Of a stretch of DNA of 64,000 bases, positions 13,901 through 26,100 are shown in pieces. Each line of letters begins with the position of its first letter. Within the stretch, counting starts at the first letter, position 1. Source of the DNA: Laetmonice hystrix (lineage: Eukaryota); the NCBI GenBank assembly GCA_965235115.1, contig OZ249452.1, forward strand, positions 12,772,001 to 12,836,000. Reading direction: 5' to 3'. The position numbers were made by a program, and so were the translations under genes. Below the pieces are notes generated by a model. It saw only the letters and a program-made list of their open reading frames with translations, did not search any database and was not told the DNA's origin.

Positions 13901-16900
13901 GCAGTTGTAATTTCCATGGTGATTTGACTAGATTCAACACCTTCGTCCATTGGTGTTACAATTTCCTCAGTGATTGTTTCAGGTTTGAGCTCAGCTTCTT
14001 GGACACCAACTTCAGTAGGTTGTGGCATCTGAATTCCAGCAGTTGTAATTTCCATGGTAATTTGACTCGGCTCAACACCTTCCTGCTTAGGTGTCACAAG
14101 TTCTTCAGTGATTGTTTCAGGTTTGAGCTCTGCTTCTTGAACACCAACCTGAGTTGGATGTGGCATCTCAATTCTAGCAGTTGTAATTTCCATGGTGATT
14201 TGACTAGATTCAACACCTTCGTCGATTGGTGTCACAATTTCTTCAGTGATTGTTTCAGGTTTGAGCTCTGCTTCTTGGACACCGACCTGAGTTGGCTGTG
14301 GCATCTCAATTCCAGCAGTTGTAATTTCCATGGTTATTTCACTGGGCTCAACACCTTCTTCTTTTTGTGCCACTATCTCCTGAGTAATAGTTTCAGGTTT
14401 GAGCTCTGCTTCTTGAACACCTACTTCAGTAGGCTGAGGCATTTCAATTCCAGCAGTTGTAATTTCCATGGTGATTTCACTGGGCTCAACACCTTCCTCT
14501 TTTGGTGCAACAATTTCTTCAGTCACCGTTTCTGGTTTGAGCTCTGCTTCTTGGACACCAACCTGAGTTGGCTGTGGCATCTCAATTCCAGCTGTTGTAA
14601 TTTCCATGGTTATTTGACTAGATTCAACACCTTCGTCCATTGGTGCAACAATTTCCTCAGTGATTGTTTCAGGTTTGAGCTCTGCTTCTTGGACACCGAC
14701 CTGAGTTGGCTGTGGCATCTCAATTCCAGCAGTTGTAATTTCCATGGTGATTTGACTAGATTCAACACCTTCGTCCATTGGTGTTACAATTTCCTCAGTG
14801 ATTGTTTCAGGTTTGAGCTCGGCTTCTTGGACACCGACCTGAGTTGGCTGTGGCATCTCAATTCCAGCAGTTGTGATTCCCATGGTGATTTCACTGGGCT
14901 CAACACCTTCTTCTTTTGGTGCCACTATCTCCTGAGTAATAGTTTCAGGTTTGAGCTCTGCTTCTTGAACACCTACTTCAGTAGGCTGAGGCATTTTAAT
15001 TCCAGCAGTTGTAATTCCCATGGTGATTTCACTGGGCTCAACACCTTCCTCTTTTGGTGCAACAATTTCTTCGGTCACCGTTTCTGGTTTGAGCTCTGCT
15101 TCTTGGACACCAACCTGAGTTGGCTGTGGCATCTCAATTCCAGCTGTTGTAGTTTCCATGGTTATTTCACTGGGCTCAACACCTTCTTCTTTTGGTGCCG
15201 TAATCTCCTCAGTAACAGTTTCAGGTTTGAGCTCTGCTTCTTGAACACCTACTTCAGTAGGTCGTGGCATCTGAATTCCAGCAGTTGTAATTTCCATGGT
15301 GACTTGACTCGGCTCAACACCTTCCTGCTTAGGTGTCACAAGTTCTTCAGTGATTGTTTCAGGTTTGAGCTCTGCTTCTTGGACACCAACTTGAGTTGGA
15401 TGTGGCATCTCAATTCCAGCAGTTGTGATTTCCATGGTGATTTCACTTGGTTCAACACCTTCATCTCTCTGCAGAACAATTTCTTCTGAGATTGTTTCAG
15501 GTTTGAGCTCTGCTTCTTGAACACCAACCTGAGTTGGATGTGGCATCTCAATTCCAGCAGTTGTAATTTCCATGGTGATTTGACTAGATTCAACACCTTC
15601 GTCCATTGGTGTCACAATTTCCTCAGTGATTGTTTCAGGTTTGAGCTCTGCTTCTTGGACACCGACCTGAGTTGGCTGTGGCATCTCTATTCCAGCAGTT
15701 GTAATTTCCATGGTTATTTCACTGGGCTCAACACCTTCTTCTTTTGGTGCCACTATCTCCTGAGTAATAGTTTCAGGTTTGAGCTCTGCTTCTTGAACAC
15801 CTACTTCAGTAGGCTGAGGCATTTCAATTCCAGCAGTTGTAATTTCCATGGTGATTTCACTGGGCTCAACACCTTCCTCTTTTGGTGCAACAATTTCTTC
15901 AGTCACCGTTTCTGGTTTGAGCTCTGCTTCTTGGACACCAACCTGAGTTGGCTGTGGCATCTCAATTCCAGCTGTTGTAATTTCCATGGTTATTTGACTA
16001 GATTCAACACCTTCGTCCATTGGTGTTACAATTTCCTCAGTGATTGTTTCAGGTTTGAGCTCTGCTTCTTGGACACCGACTTGAGTTGGCTGTGGCATCT
16101 CAATTCCAGCAGTTGTAATTTCCATGGTTATTTCACTGGGCTCAACACCTTCTTCTTTTGGTGCCGCTATCTCCTGAGTAATAGTTTCAGGTTTGAGCTC
16201 TGCTTCTTGAACACCTACTTCAGTAGGCTGAGGCATTTCAATTCCAGCAGTTGTGATTTCCATGGTGATTTCACTGGGCTCAACACCTTCCTCTTTTGGT
16301 GCAACAATTTCTTCAGTCACCGTTTCTGGTTTGAGCTCTGCTTCTTGGACACCAACCTGAGTTGGCTGTGGCATCTCAATTCCAGCAGTTGTAATTTCCA
16401 TGGTGATTTGACTAGATTCAACACCTTCGTCCATTGGTGTCACAATTTCTTTAGTGATTGTTTCAGGTTTGAGCTCTGCTTCTTGGACACCGACCTGAGT
16501 TGGCTGTGGCATCTCAATTCCAGCTGTTGTAATTTCCATGGTTATTTCACTGGGCTCAACACCTTCTTCTTTTGGTGCCGTAATCTCCTCAGTAACAGTT
16601 TCAGGTTTGAGCTCTGCTTCCTGGACACCAACCTGAGTTGGCTGTGGCATCTCAATTCCAGCAGTTGTAATTTCCATGGTGATTTGACTAGATTCAACAC
16701 CTTCGTCCATTGGTGTCACAATTTCTTCAGTGATTGTTTCAGGTTTGAGCTCTGCTTCTTGGACACCGACCTGAGTTGGCTGTGGCATCTCAATTCCAGC
16801 AGTTGTAATTTCCATGGTCATTTCACTGGACTCAACACCTTCCTCTTTTGGTGCAAGAATTTCTTCAGTCACCGTTTCTGGTTTGAACTCTGCTTCTTGG

Positions 16901-18506
16901 ACACCAACCTGAGTTGGCTGTGGCATCTCAATTCCAGCAGTTGTAATTTCCATGGTGATTTGACTAGATTCAACACCTTCGTCCATTGGTGTCACAATTT
17001 CTTCAGTAATTGTTTCAGGTTTGAGCTCTGCTTCCTGGACACCAACCTGAGTTGGCTGTGGCATCTCAATTCCAGCAGTTGTAATTTCCATGGTGATTTG
17101 ACTAGATTCAACACCTTCGTCCATTGGTGTCACAATTTCCTCAGTGATTGTTTCAGGTTTGAGCTCTGCTTCCTGGACACCAACCTGAGTTGGCTGTGGC
17201 ATCTCTATTCCAGCAGTTGTAATTTCCAGGGTTATTTCACTGGGCTCAACACCTTCTTCTTTTGGTGCCGCAATCTCCTCAGTAACAGTTTCAGGTTTGA
17301 GCTCTGCTTCTTGAACTCCAATCTGAGTTGGTTGTGGCATCTCAATTCCAGCTGTTGTAATTTCCATCGTGATTTGACTTGACTCAACACCTTCATCCAT
17401 TGGTGTCACTATTTCGTCAGTGATTGTTTCAGGTTTGAGCTCTGTTTCTTGGACACCAACCTGAGTTGGCTGTGGCATCTCAATTCCAGCAGTTGTAATT
17501 TCCATGGTTATTTCACTGGGCTCAACACCTTCTTCTTTTGGTGCCACTATCTCCTGAGTAATAGTTTCAGGTTTGAGTTCTGCTTCCTGGACACCAACTT
17601 CAGTGGGCTGAGGCATCTGAATTCCAGCAGTTGTAATTTCCATGGTGATTTCACTTGGTTCAACACCCTCTTCCTTTGGTGCCACAATTTCATCAGTGAT
17701 TGTTTCTGGTTTGAGCTCTGCTTCTTGGACACCAACCTGAGTTGGCTGTGGCATCTCAATTCCAGCAGTTGTAATTTCCATGGTTATTTCACTGGGCTCA
17801 ACACCTTCCTCTTTTGGTGCAACAATTTCTTCAGTCACCGTTTCAGGTTTGAGCTCTGCTTCTTGGACACCAACCTGAGTTGGCTGTGGCATCTCAATTC
17901 CAGCAGTTGTAATTTCCATGGTAATTTCACTGGGCTCAACACCTTCCTCTTTTGGTGCAACAATTTCTTCAGTCACCGTTTCTGGTTTGAGCTCTGCTTC
18001 TTGGACACCAACCTGAGTTGGCTGTGGCATCTCAATTCCAGGAGTTGTGATTTCCATGGTGATTTCACTGGGTTTGATACCTTCAGCCTTCTGAATACTT
18101 ATATCAGATGTATATTCTGGTGTAACATCCTCTTTCTGCTCTTCCACTTTGACTGATTTTGGTAGCTCAATAGCAGCAGTAGCAATGTCAAGAGTGATTT
18201 CTGCTGGTGTGACATGTTCAACCTTGGGAAGTGAAATCTCTTCATGACTTTCATCCCTCGGCAAATCAGGGGTCACTTCCTCAACCTTTGATTCTTGTTG
18301 TTTAATCTTGATCTCACTGACATGCTGGATTACCTCTGTTTGTTCTAGAGTCTGTTCTGGCGTTGTCACTTCAAAAGCAATGGGTTGAAACCCTCTTTTT
18401 TCAGGGGCCTCAATGATAATCTGTTCGGAAACAAACTTCATCTCTGGCGATTCCTCCTTGACGGTAGGCTGTTGAGGCTGTATCTGTATCTTGGTCTGCT
18501 GAAGTT
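7905..18506 (-). CDS. Giant exon (10,602 nt, phase 1-1): almost entirely ~70 copies of a 46-aa repeat
   Basis: Acceptor ttcattatag|AA at 18507-08; donor GAAG|GTACAA at 7899-7904; length divisible by 3. Confidence 0.9.
8350..18070 (-). repeat. Coding tandem repeat, 138 bp / 46 aa (VGVQEAELKPETITEEIVTPKEEGVEPSQITMEITTAGIEMPQPTQ), ~70 copies
   Basis: Visible periodicity in DNA and protein; ~9.7 kb divided by 138 bp. Confidence 0.95.
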
Positions 18507-19410
18507 CTATAATGAACAACATTTTAATCAGTTTACCCTGCAAAATGAAAACAGTCTGTTTTTGACAGTGATCTTTAACAATAAGCCCTTGTACATGTCT
18601 AAATATCAACCTGGAAGAAAGCAGTTTTTATTTACCATATTTGTATGGAAAATTTGATTACATATTTCTAACTATACTCTGTACAAAGAAACAATATTCA
18701 TTGGTGACAATAAAACGTAAGACTTCGTCTGCTGTCATGTTGTGTTGTGAAAGGCATATATGCATCAGGGCAAAATAAAGAAATACAATATGAGACTATG
18801 CGCATAAAACAAGGAGCACGATTATTGGTATGTGAGCAGCGCTAGCATTTAAAGGTAACATTTCTTAAATTAACGCAATCTGAAACGTCAACGTAAAATA
18901 TAATATTGTAATTCTGCGCTACCAGATGTTTTTTGTGAGTTAAATGATGACTCTGTATTGAGGGATTTGACAAAATGCGCAAATGTAGCAACATAAGATG
19001 ACATACCCCTCGCTAAAATAAGAAATAAAACATAATTGTGTCATAACATGAAAAAAGGATACCTAGAGAAAGAAAGCCTCATGAAGCAATTGGGTACTTG
19101 AGTTATACACGTATACAGCAGACACATAAAAGTATGTATGTAGCACAATAGTTCCTCTTCAATAAAAGAAACAGGGTCAATATGCAAATGAAAGATCTAA
19201 TAATGAACAAATGCATACATGGACAAATAAGGTACCTATTAAGTGACAACTAAACATACAAATCAAGAATGGTATATACGTCAGTGAAGATGCTGTGGGA
19301 TACAGGAAGCACTTTTACAGTGGCATGAGATGACTTGGATAAAATGTCTCAGGAACTGTTTCCACTCGGGAAAGGAGCAGGATCAAGACACCCATTTAGA
19401 AATTGATGGA

Positions 19411-19562
19411 TTACTGCAGGAAATGTATAGAAGGAGAAGAGGATCTGAGAGGGAACGCGACATTCTTCTTTAAGGGTTCAGATGTTTTCTTCAATGTAGA
19501 CCAGTCACTGTTCCACGAAGCTGTCCCCAACCAGGTGGGGGCATTCATGGGACCTGAGGGAG
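19411..19562 (-). CDS. Candidate alternative terminal exon: APSGPMNAPTWLGTASWNSDWSTLKKTSEPLKKNVAFPLRSSSPSIHFLQ*
   Basis: Acceptor ttttgtttatcttcaagcag|CT at 19563-64; 49 sense codons after the split codon in phase 1 (matches the donor at 20114); TAA at 19411-13; GC-richer than the flanking intron. Confidence 0.5.
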
Positions 19563-20114
19563 CTGCTTGAAGATAAACAAAAGGTCACCAGGGAGAAAGC
19601 ATGTACACCTCTTACTGCATTGACACTTCTTGCCAGCGGCCTCTTGACCCATTAAATGTCAGATGACTCCTTATAACGTGTGTGATACCTTGAAGGTAGA
19701 CTTACTCCATGCATAATAGGAATGACTATCGAAAAACTGACGTCAAATTAACGTCCTATTGTAAATACACACATTAATAAACTAATCTTTTTAGGACGTT
19801 CTACCTTTCAAAATCATGCTTGAATGTCCCCACACACTATTCTAATAGACTGTTAAGTCTTCACATGCTCTCATAGCATTTGAATTCAAACTTAAATTCT
19901 GAAGAAGCAACCTCCTCACAGTTCCATGCTTGATGCATACCAATGCCTTTGAGTTCATATATATGTATTGTGAAATCGTGTATCCAATGCATCTGTCATT
20001 GCATTGATTAGTTTTTCTCCGGCATAGATGTGATTACAACTAATTTGCATAATACTGTGTCTTCCTGAGTTATTGGAGAATATGTATATAATGGACACAT
20101 CTTAGAGCGACTAC

Positions 20115-23100
20115 CTTGTTCAGTGGGTTCTTCTGCAGGGTGCCTCTCAACCACCACAGTGCTGACGCCATGGCTTTCCTCTTGAGTTCTTTCTTCTTCA
20201 GATCTAACATCCTCTATGCCCTCCAATTGAACCTGTCTAGTTGCTGTCTCAGTTTGTTTTGATTCTAAGTCAGTCATGTCTTCGACCTGCTCTTTATCAA
20301 CCACAGCTTCATGTCTAACAGTGACCCTTTCCTCAGCCTGCTCAGAGCTGGTATCTGTAGGAGACTCTGGTTGCTCAAAAGCCTCTGTTGGTGATTCCTC
20401 CCCAGTAGCCGGTTTTGTTTCTTCTTCTTCATCATCATATTTTGGAGATTCTGGTTCTTGAATCATTGGTTCCTCCATTGCATCAAGGAATGGTTCTTCA
20501 CTTTGTTTTTGTTTCTCTATAACCTCTTTTAATGCCTCAGAAAAGATTCTGTCTGCAAGATCAGTAGCAAGTGTTACTTCATCAGCCGAGGGAATTTGGA
20601 AATACAATGGTTCCTCAGGCATTTCTTTGACACTAGTTTCATCTTTCACAAGTTCAGGTTTATCCTCAATTGCATAAATGATCTCCCCATCACGTGTGCC
20701 ACTGATTGGAGTAACAGACTCTTCAACTTCAAGGGTAGAATCAAGAACAACTGTCTGCTCAAATTCGACAACTGACAAAGTCTCCACTTTAGCTTCTGTA
20801 GTCTCTATCGGCCTCAATTCAGTCTCCTTGGGTACTTCAATAGGAATTAGTTCCACCTGGCTCATTTCTGTTGGTTTAGGGCCCTCTGTGACAAGGGTAG
20901 TCACTGTCTCTTCCGTGACCTCATGAGTGACTACCGTTTCCTCAGTGACAGGCTCCTTGGGGGTTTCAACAACAATTGTCACTTCCTCGGGTCTCTCTTT
21001 CACTGGGATTTCAACCTTGGTTGTCTCCCGGGGTATTTCCTCAACTGTTTCTTTTGTAGTCTCATCCTCCTGAGTTTGCACTATTTCCTCTGTCTTTTGA
21101 ACATCAATTGTGAATGTGATTTCCTCTGGTTTCTTTTCAACAGGAAACTCAAGGCCTGTCACTTCATGAGGACCTTCAACTGGGAATTCCAGCTGACTCA
21201 CTTCTGTTGGTTTAGGGCCCTCTGTGACATGGGTAGTCACTGTCTCTTCCGTGACCTCATGAGTAACAACGGTTTCCTCAGTGACAGGCTCCTTGGGGGT
21301 TTCCACCGTTACTGTCACTTCCTCGGGTTTTTCTTTCACTGGGATTTCAACAGTGGCTGTCTCCCGGGGTATTTCCTCAACTGTTTCCTTGGTTTCCTGA
21401 ACAGTCTCATCCTCCTCAGTTTGCACTATTTCCTCTGTCTTTTCAACATCAATTGTGAACGTAATTTCCTCTGGTTTCTTTTCAACAGGGAATTCAAGAG
21501 CTGTCACTTCATGAGGACCTTCAACTGGGAATTCCACCTGGCTCACTTCTGTTGGTTTAGGACCCTCTGTGACAAGGGTAGTCACTGTCTTTTCCGTGAC
21601 CTCATGAGTGACAACGGTTTCCTCAGTGACAGGTTCCTTGGGGGTTTCAACAATAATTGTCACTTCCTCGGGTTTCTCCTTCACTGGGATTTCAACAGTG
21701 GTTGTCTCCCGGGGTATTTCCTCACCTGTTTCCTTGGTTTCCTGAACAGTTTCGTCCTCCTGAGTTTGCACTATTTCCTCGGTCTTTTGAACATCAATTG
21801 TGAATGTGATTTCCTCTGGTTTCTTTTCAACAGGGAACTCAACTGCTGTCACTTCATGAGGACCTTCAACTGGGAATTCCACCTGGCTCACTTCTGTTGG
21901 TTTAGGACCCTCTGTGACAAGGGTGGTCACTGTCTCTTCTGTGACCTCATGAGTGACTACGGTTTCCTCAGTGACAGGCTCCTTGGGGGTTTCCACCATT
22001 ACTGTCACTTCCTCGGGTTTTTCTTTCACTGGGATTTCAACAGTGGCTGTCTCCCGGGGTATTTCCTCAACTGTTTCCTTGGTTTCCTGAACAGTCTCAT
22101 CCTCCTCAGTTTGCACTATTTCCTCTGTCTTTTCAACATCAATTGTGAACGTAATTTCCTCTGGTTTCTTTTCAACAGGGAATTCAAGAGCTGTCACTTC
22201 ATGAGGACCTTCAACTGGGAATTCTATCTCACTCACTTCTGTTGGTTTAGGACCCTCTGTAACAAGGGTAGTCACTGTCTCTTCCGTGACCTCATGAGTG
22301 ACAACGGTTTCCTCAGTGACAGGCTCCTTGGGGGTTTCAACAACAATTGTCACTTCCTCGGGTTTCTCTTTCACTGGGATTTCAACAGTGGTTGTCTCCC
22401 GGGGTATTTCCTTAACTGTTTCCTTTGTGGTCTTAACCTCCTGAGTTTGCACTATTTCCTCGGTCTTTTGAACATCAATTGTGAACGTGATTTCTTCTGG
22501 TTTCTTTTCAACAGGGAACTCAACTGCCGTCACTTCATGAGGACCTTCAACTGGGAATTCCACCTGGCTCACTTCTGTTGGTTTAGGACCCTCTGTCACA
22601 AGGGTAGTCACAGTCTCTTCCTTGACCTCATGAGTGACAACAGTTTCCTCAGTGACAGGCTCCCTAGGTTTTTCAACAATAATTGTCACTTCCTCGGGTT
22701 TCTCCTCCACTGGGATTTCAAGAGTGGTTGTCTCCCGGGGTATTTCCTCAACTGTTTCCTTGGTTTCCTGAACAGTTTCATCCTCCTGTGCTTCCACTAT
22801 TTCCTCTGTCTTTTGAACATCAATTGTGAACGTGATTTCGTCTGGTTTCTTTTCAACAGGTAACTCAAGAGCTGTCACTTCATGAGGACCTTCAACTGGG
22901 AATTCCACCTGGCTCACTTCTGTTGGTTTAGGACCCTCTGTGACAAGGGTAGTCACTGTCTCTTCCGTGACCTCATGAGTGACTACGGTTTCCTCAGTGA
23001 CAGGCTCCTTGGGGGTTTCAACAATAATTGTCACTTCCTCAGGTTTCTCTTCAACTGGCATTTCAACAGTGGTTGTCTCCCGGGGTATTTCCTCAACTGT

Positions 23101-26100
23101 TTCCTTGGTTTCCTGAACAGTCTCATCCTCCTGAGTTTGCACTATTTCCTCGGTCTTTTGAACATCAATTGTGAATGTGATTTCCTCTGGTTTCTTTTCA
23201 ACAGGGAACTCAACTGCTGTCACTTCATGAGGACCTTCAACTGGGAATTCCACCTGGCTCACTTCTGTTGGTTTAGGACCCTCTGTGACAAGGGTAGTCA
23301 CTGTCTCTTCCGTGACCTCATGAGTGACTACGGTTTCCTCAGTGACAGGCTCCTTGGGGGTTTCAACAATAATTGTCACTTCCTCAGGTTTCTCGCCAAC
23401 TGGGAGTTCAACAGTGGTTGTCTCCCAGGGTATTTCCCCAACTGTTTCCTTGGTTTCCTGAACAGTCTCATCCTCCTGAGTTTGCACTATTTCCTCGGTC
23501 TTTTGAACATCAATTGTGAATGTGATTTCCTCTGGTTTCTTTTCAACAGGGAACTCAACTGCTGTCACTTCATGAGGACCTTCAACTGGGAATTCCACCT
23601 GGCTCACTTCTGTTGGTTTAGGACCCTCTGTGACAAGGGTGGTCACTGTCTCTTCTGTGACCTCATGAGTGACTACGGTTTCCTCAGTGACAGGCTCCTT
23701 GGGGGTTTCCACTATTATTGTCACTTCCTCAGGTTTCTCCCCAACTGGGATTTCAACAGTGGTTGTCTCCCGGGGTATTTCCTCAAATGTTTCCTTGGTT
23801 TCCTGAACAGTCTCATCCTCCTGAGTTTGCACTATTTCCTCGGTCTTTTGAACATCAATTGTGAATGTGATTTCCTCTGGTTTCTTTTCGACAGGGAACT
23901 CAACTGCTGTCACTTCATGAGGACCTTCAACTGGGAATTCCACCTGGCTCACTTCTGTTGGTTTAGGACCCTCTGTGACAAGGGTAGTCACTGTCTCTTC
24001 CGTGACCTCATGAGTGACAACGGTTTCCTCAGTGACAGGCTCCTTGGGGGTTTCAACAATAATTGTCACTTCCTCGGATTTCTCCTTCACTGGGATTTCA
24101 ACAGTGGTTGTCTCCCGGGGTATTTCCTCAACTGTTTCTTTGGTTTCCTGAACAGTTTCATCCTCTTGTGTTTCCACTATTTCCTCTGTCTTTTGAACAT
24201 CAATTGTGAACGTGATTTCCTCTGGTTTCTTTTCAACAGGGAACTCAACTGCTGTCACTTCATGAGGACCTTCAACTGGGAATTCCACCTGGCTCACTTC
24301 TGTTGGTTTAGGACCCTCTGTGACAAGGGTGGTCACTGTCTCTTCCGTGACCTCATGAGTGACAATGGTTTCCTCAGTTACAGGCTCTCTAGGTTTTTCA
24401 ACAATAATTGTCACTTCCTCGGGTTTCTCCTTCACTGGCATTTCAACAGTGGTTGTCTCCCGGGGTATTTTCTCAAATGTTTCCTTGGTTTCCTGAACAG
24501 TCTCATCCTCCTGAGTTTGCACTATTTCCTCGGTCTTTTGAACATCAATTGTGAACGTGATTTCCTCTGGTTTCTTTTCAACAGGGAACTCCAGAGCTGT
24601 CACTTCATGAGGACCTTCAACTGGGAATTCCACCTGGCTCACTTCTGTTGGTTTAGGACCCTCTGTGACAAGGGTAGTCACTGTCTCTTCCGTGACCTCA
24701 TGAGTGACTACGGTTTCCTCAGTGACAGGCTCCTTGGGGGTTCCAACAATAATTGTCACTTCCTCAGGTTTCTCTTCAACTGGGAGTTCAACAGTGGTTG
24801 TCTCCCGGGGTATTTCCTCAACTGTTTCCTTGGTTTCCTGAACAGTTTCATCCTCTTGTGTTTCCACTATTTCCTCTGTCTTTTGAACATCAATTGTGAA
24901 CGTGATTTCCTCTGGTTTCTTTTCAACAGGGAACTCAACTGCTGTCACTTCATGAGGACCTTCAACTGGAAATTCCACCTGGCTCACTTCTGTTGGTTTA
25001 GGACCCTCTGTGACAAGGGTGGTCACTGTCTCTTCTGTGACCTCATGAGTGACTACGGTTTCCTCAGTGACAGGCTCCTTGGGGGTTTCCACTATTATTG
25101 TCACTTCCTCAGGTTTCTCTTCAACTGGGATTTCAACAGTGGTTGTCTCCCGGGGTATTTCCTCAACTGTTTCCTTGGTTTCCTGAACAGTCTCATCCTC
25201 CTGAGTTTGCACTATTTCCTTGGTCTTTTGAACATCAATTGTGAACGTGATTTCTTCTGGTTCCTTTTTAATAGGGAACTCAACTGCTGTCACTTCATGA
25301 GGACCTTCAACTGGAAATTCCACCTGGCTCACTTCTGTTGGTTTAGGACCCTCTGTGACAAGGGTGGTCACTGTCTCTTCTGTGACCTCATGAGTGACTA
25401 CGGTTTCCTCAGTGACAGGCTCCTTGGGGGTTTCCACTATTATTGTCACTTCCTCAGGTTTCTCCCCAACTGGGATTTCAACAGTGCTTGTCTCCCGGGG
25501 TATTTCCTCAAATGTTTCCTTGGTTTCCTGAACAGTCTCATCCTCCTGAGTTTGCACTATTTCCTCGGTCTTTTGAACATCAATTGTGAACGTGATTTCC
25601 TCTGGTTTCTTTTCAACAGGGAACTCCAGAGCTGTCACTTCATGAGGACCTTCAACTGGGAATTCCACCTGGCTCACTTCTGTTGGTTTAGGACCCTCTG
25701 TGACAAGGGTAGTCACTGTCTCTTCTGTGACCTCATGAGTGACTACGGTTTCCTCAGTGACAGGCTCCTTGGGGGTTCCAACAATAATTGTCACTTCCTC
25801 AGGTTTCTCGCCAACTGGGAGTTCAACAGTGGTTGTCTCCCAGGGTATTTCCTCAACTGTTTCCTTGGTTTCCTGAACAGTTTCATCCTCTTGTGTTTCC
25901 ACTATTTCCTCTGTCTTTTGAACATCAATTGTGAACGTGATTTCCTCTGGTTTCTTTTCAACAGGGAACTCAACTGCTGTCACTTCATGAGGACCTTCAA
26001 CTGGGAATTCCACCTGGCTCACTTCTGTTGGTTTAGGACCCTCTGTGACAAGGGTGGTCACTGTCTTTTCCGTGACCTCATGAGTGACAACAGTTTCCTC

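Noticed and set aside
8206-17382. Long plus-strand C/F/L/W-rich ORFs (574, 1050, 680 and 621 aa)
   Set aside because: Antisense shadows of the 138-bp array, with no independent splice or coding signal.
8350-18070. CRISPR-like or non-coding satellite interpretation of the arrays
   Set aside because: Units abut without unique spacers, have lengths divisible by 3 and translate continuously.
18507-18609. ORF-track N-terminus MIFRHVQGLIVK... as a start codon
   Set aside because: Intronic sequence upstream of the acceptor at 18507-08. The ORF-track starts of the other large ORFs are likewise not true initiators.
19738-19745. Perfect CRE palindrome TGACGTCA
   Set aside because: A single 8-mer in 64 kb is expected by chance; no supporting context.
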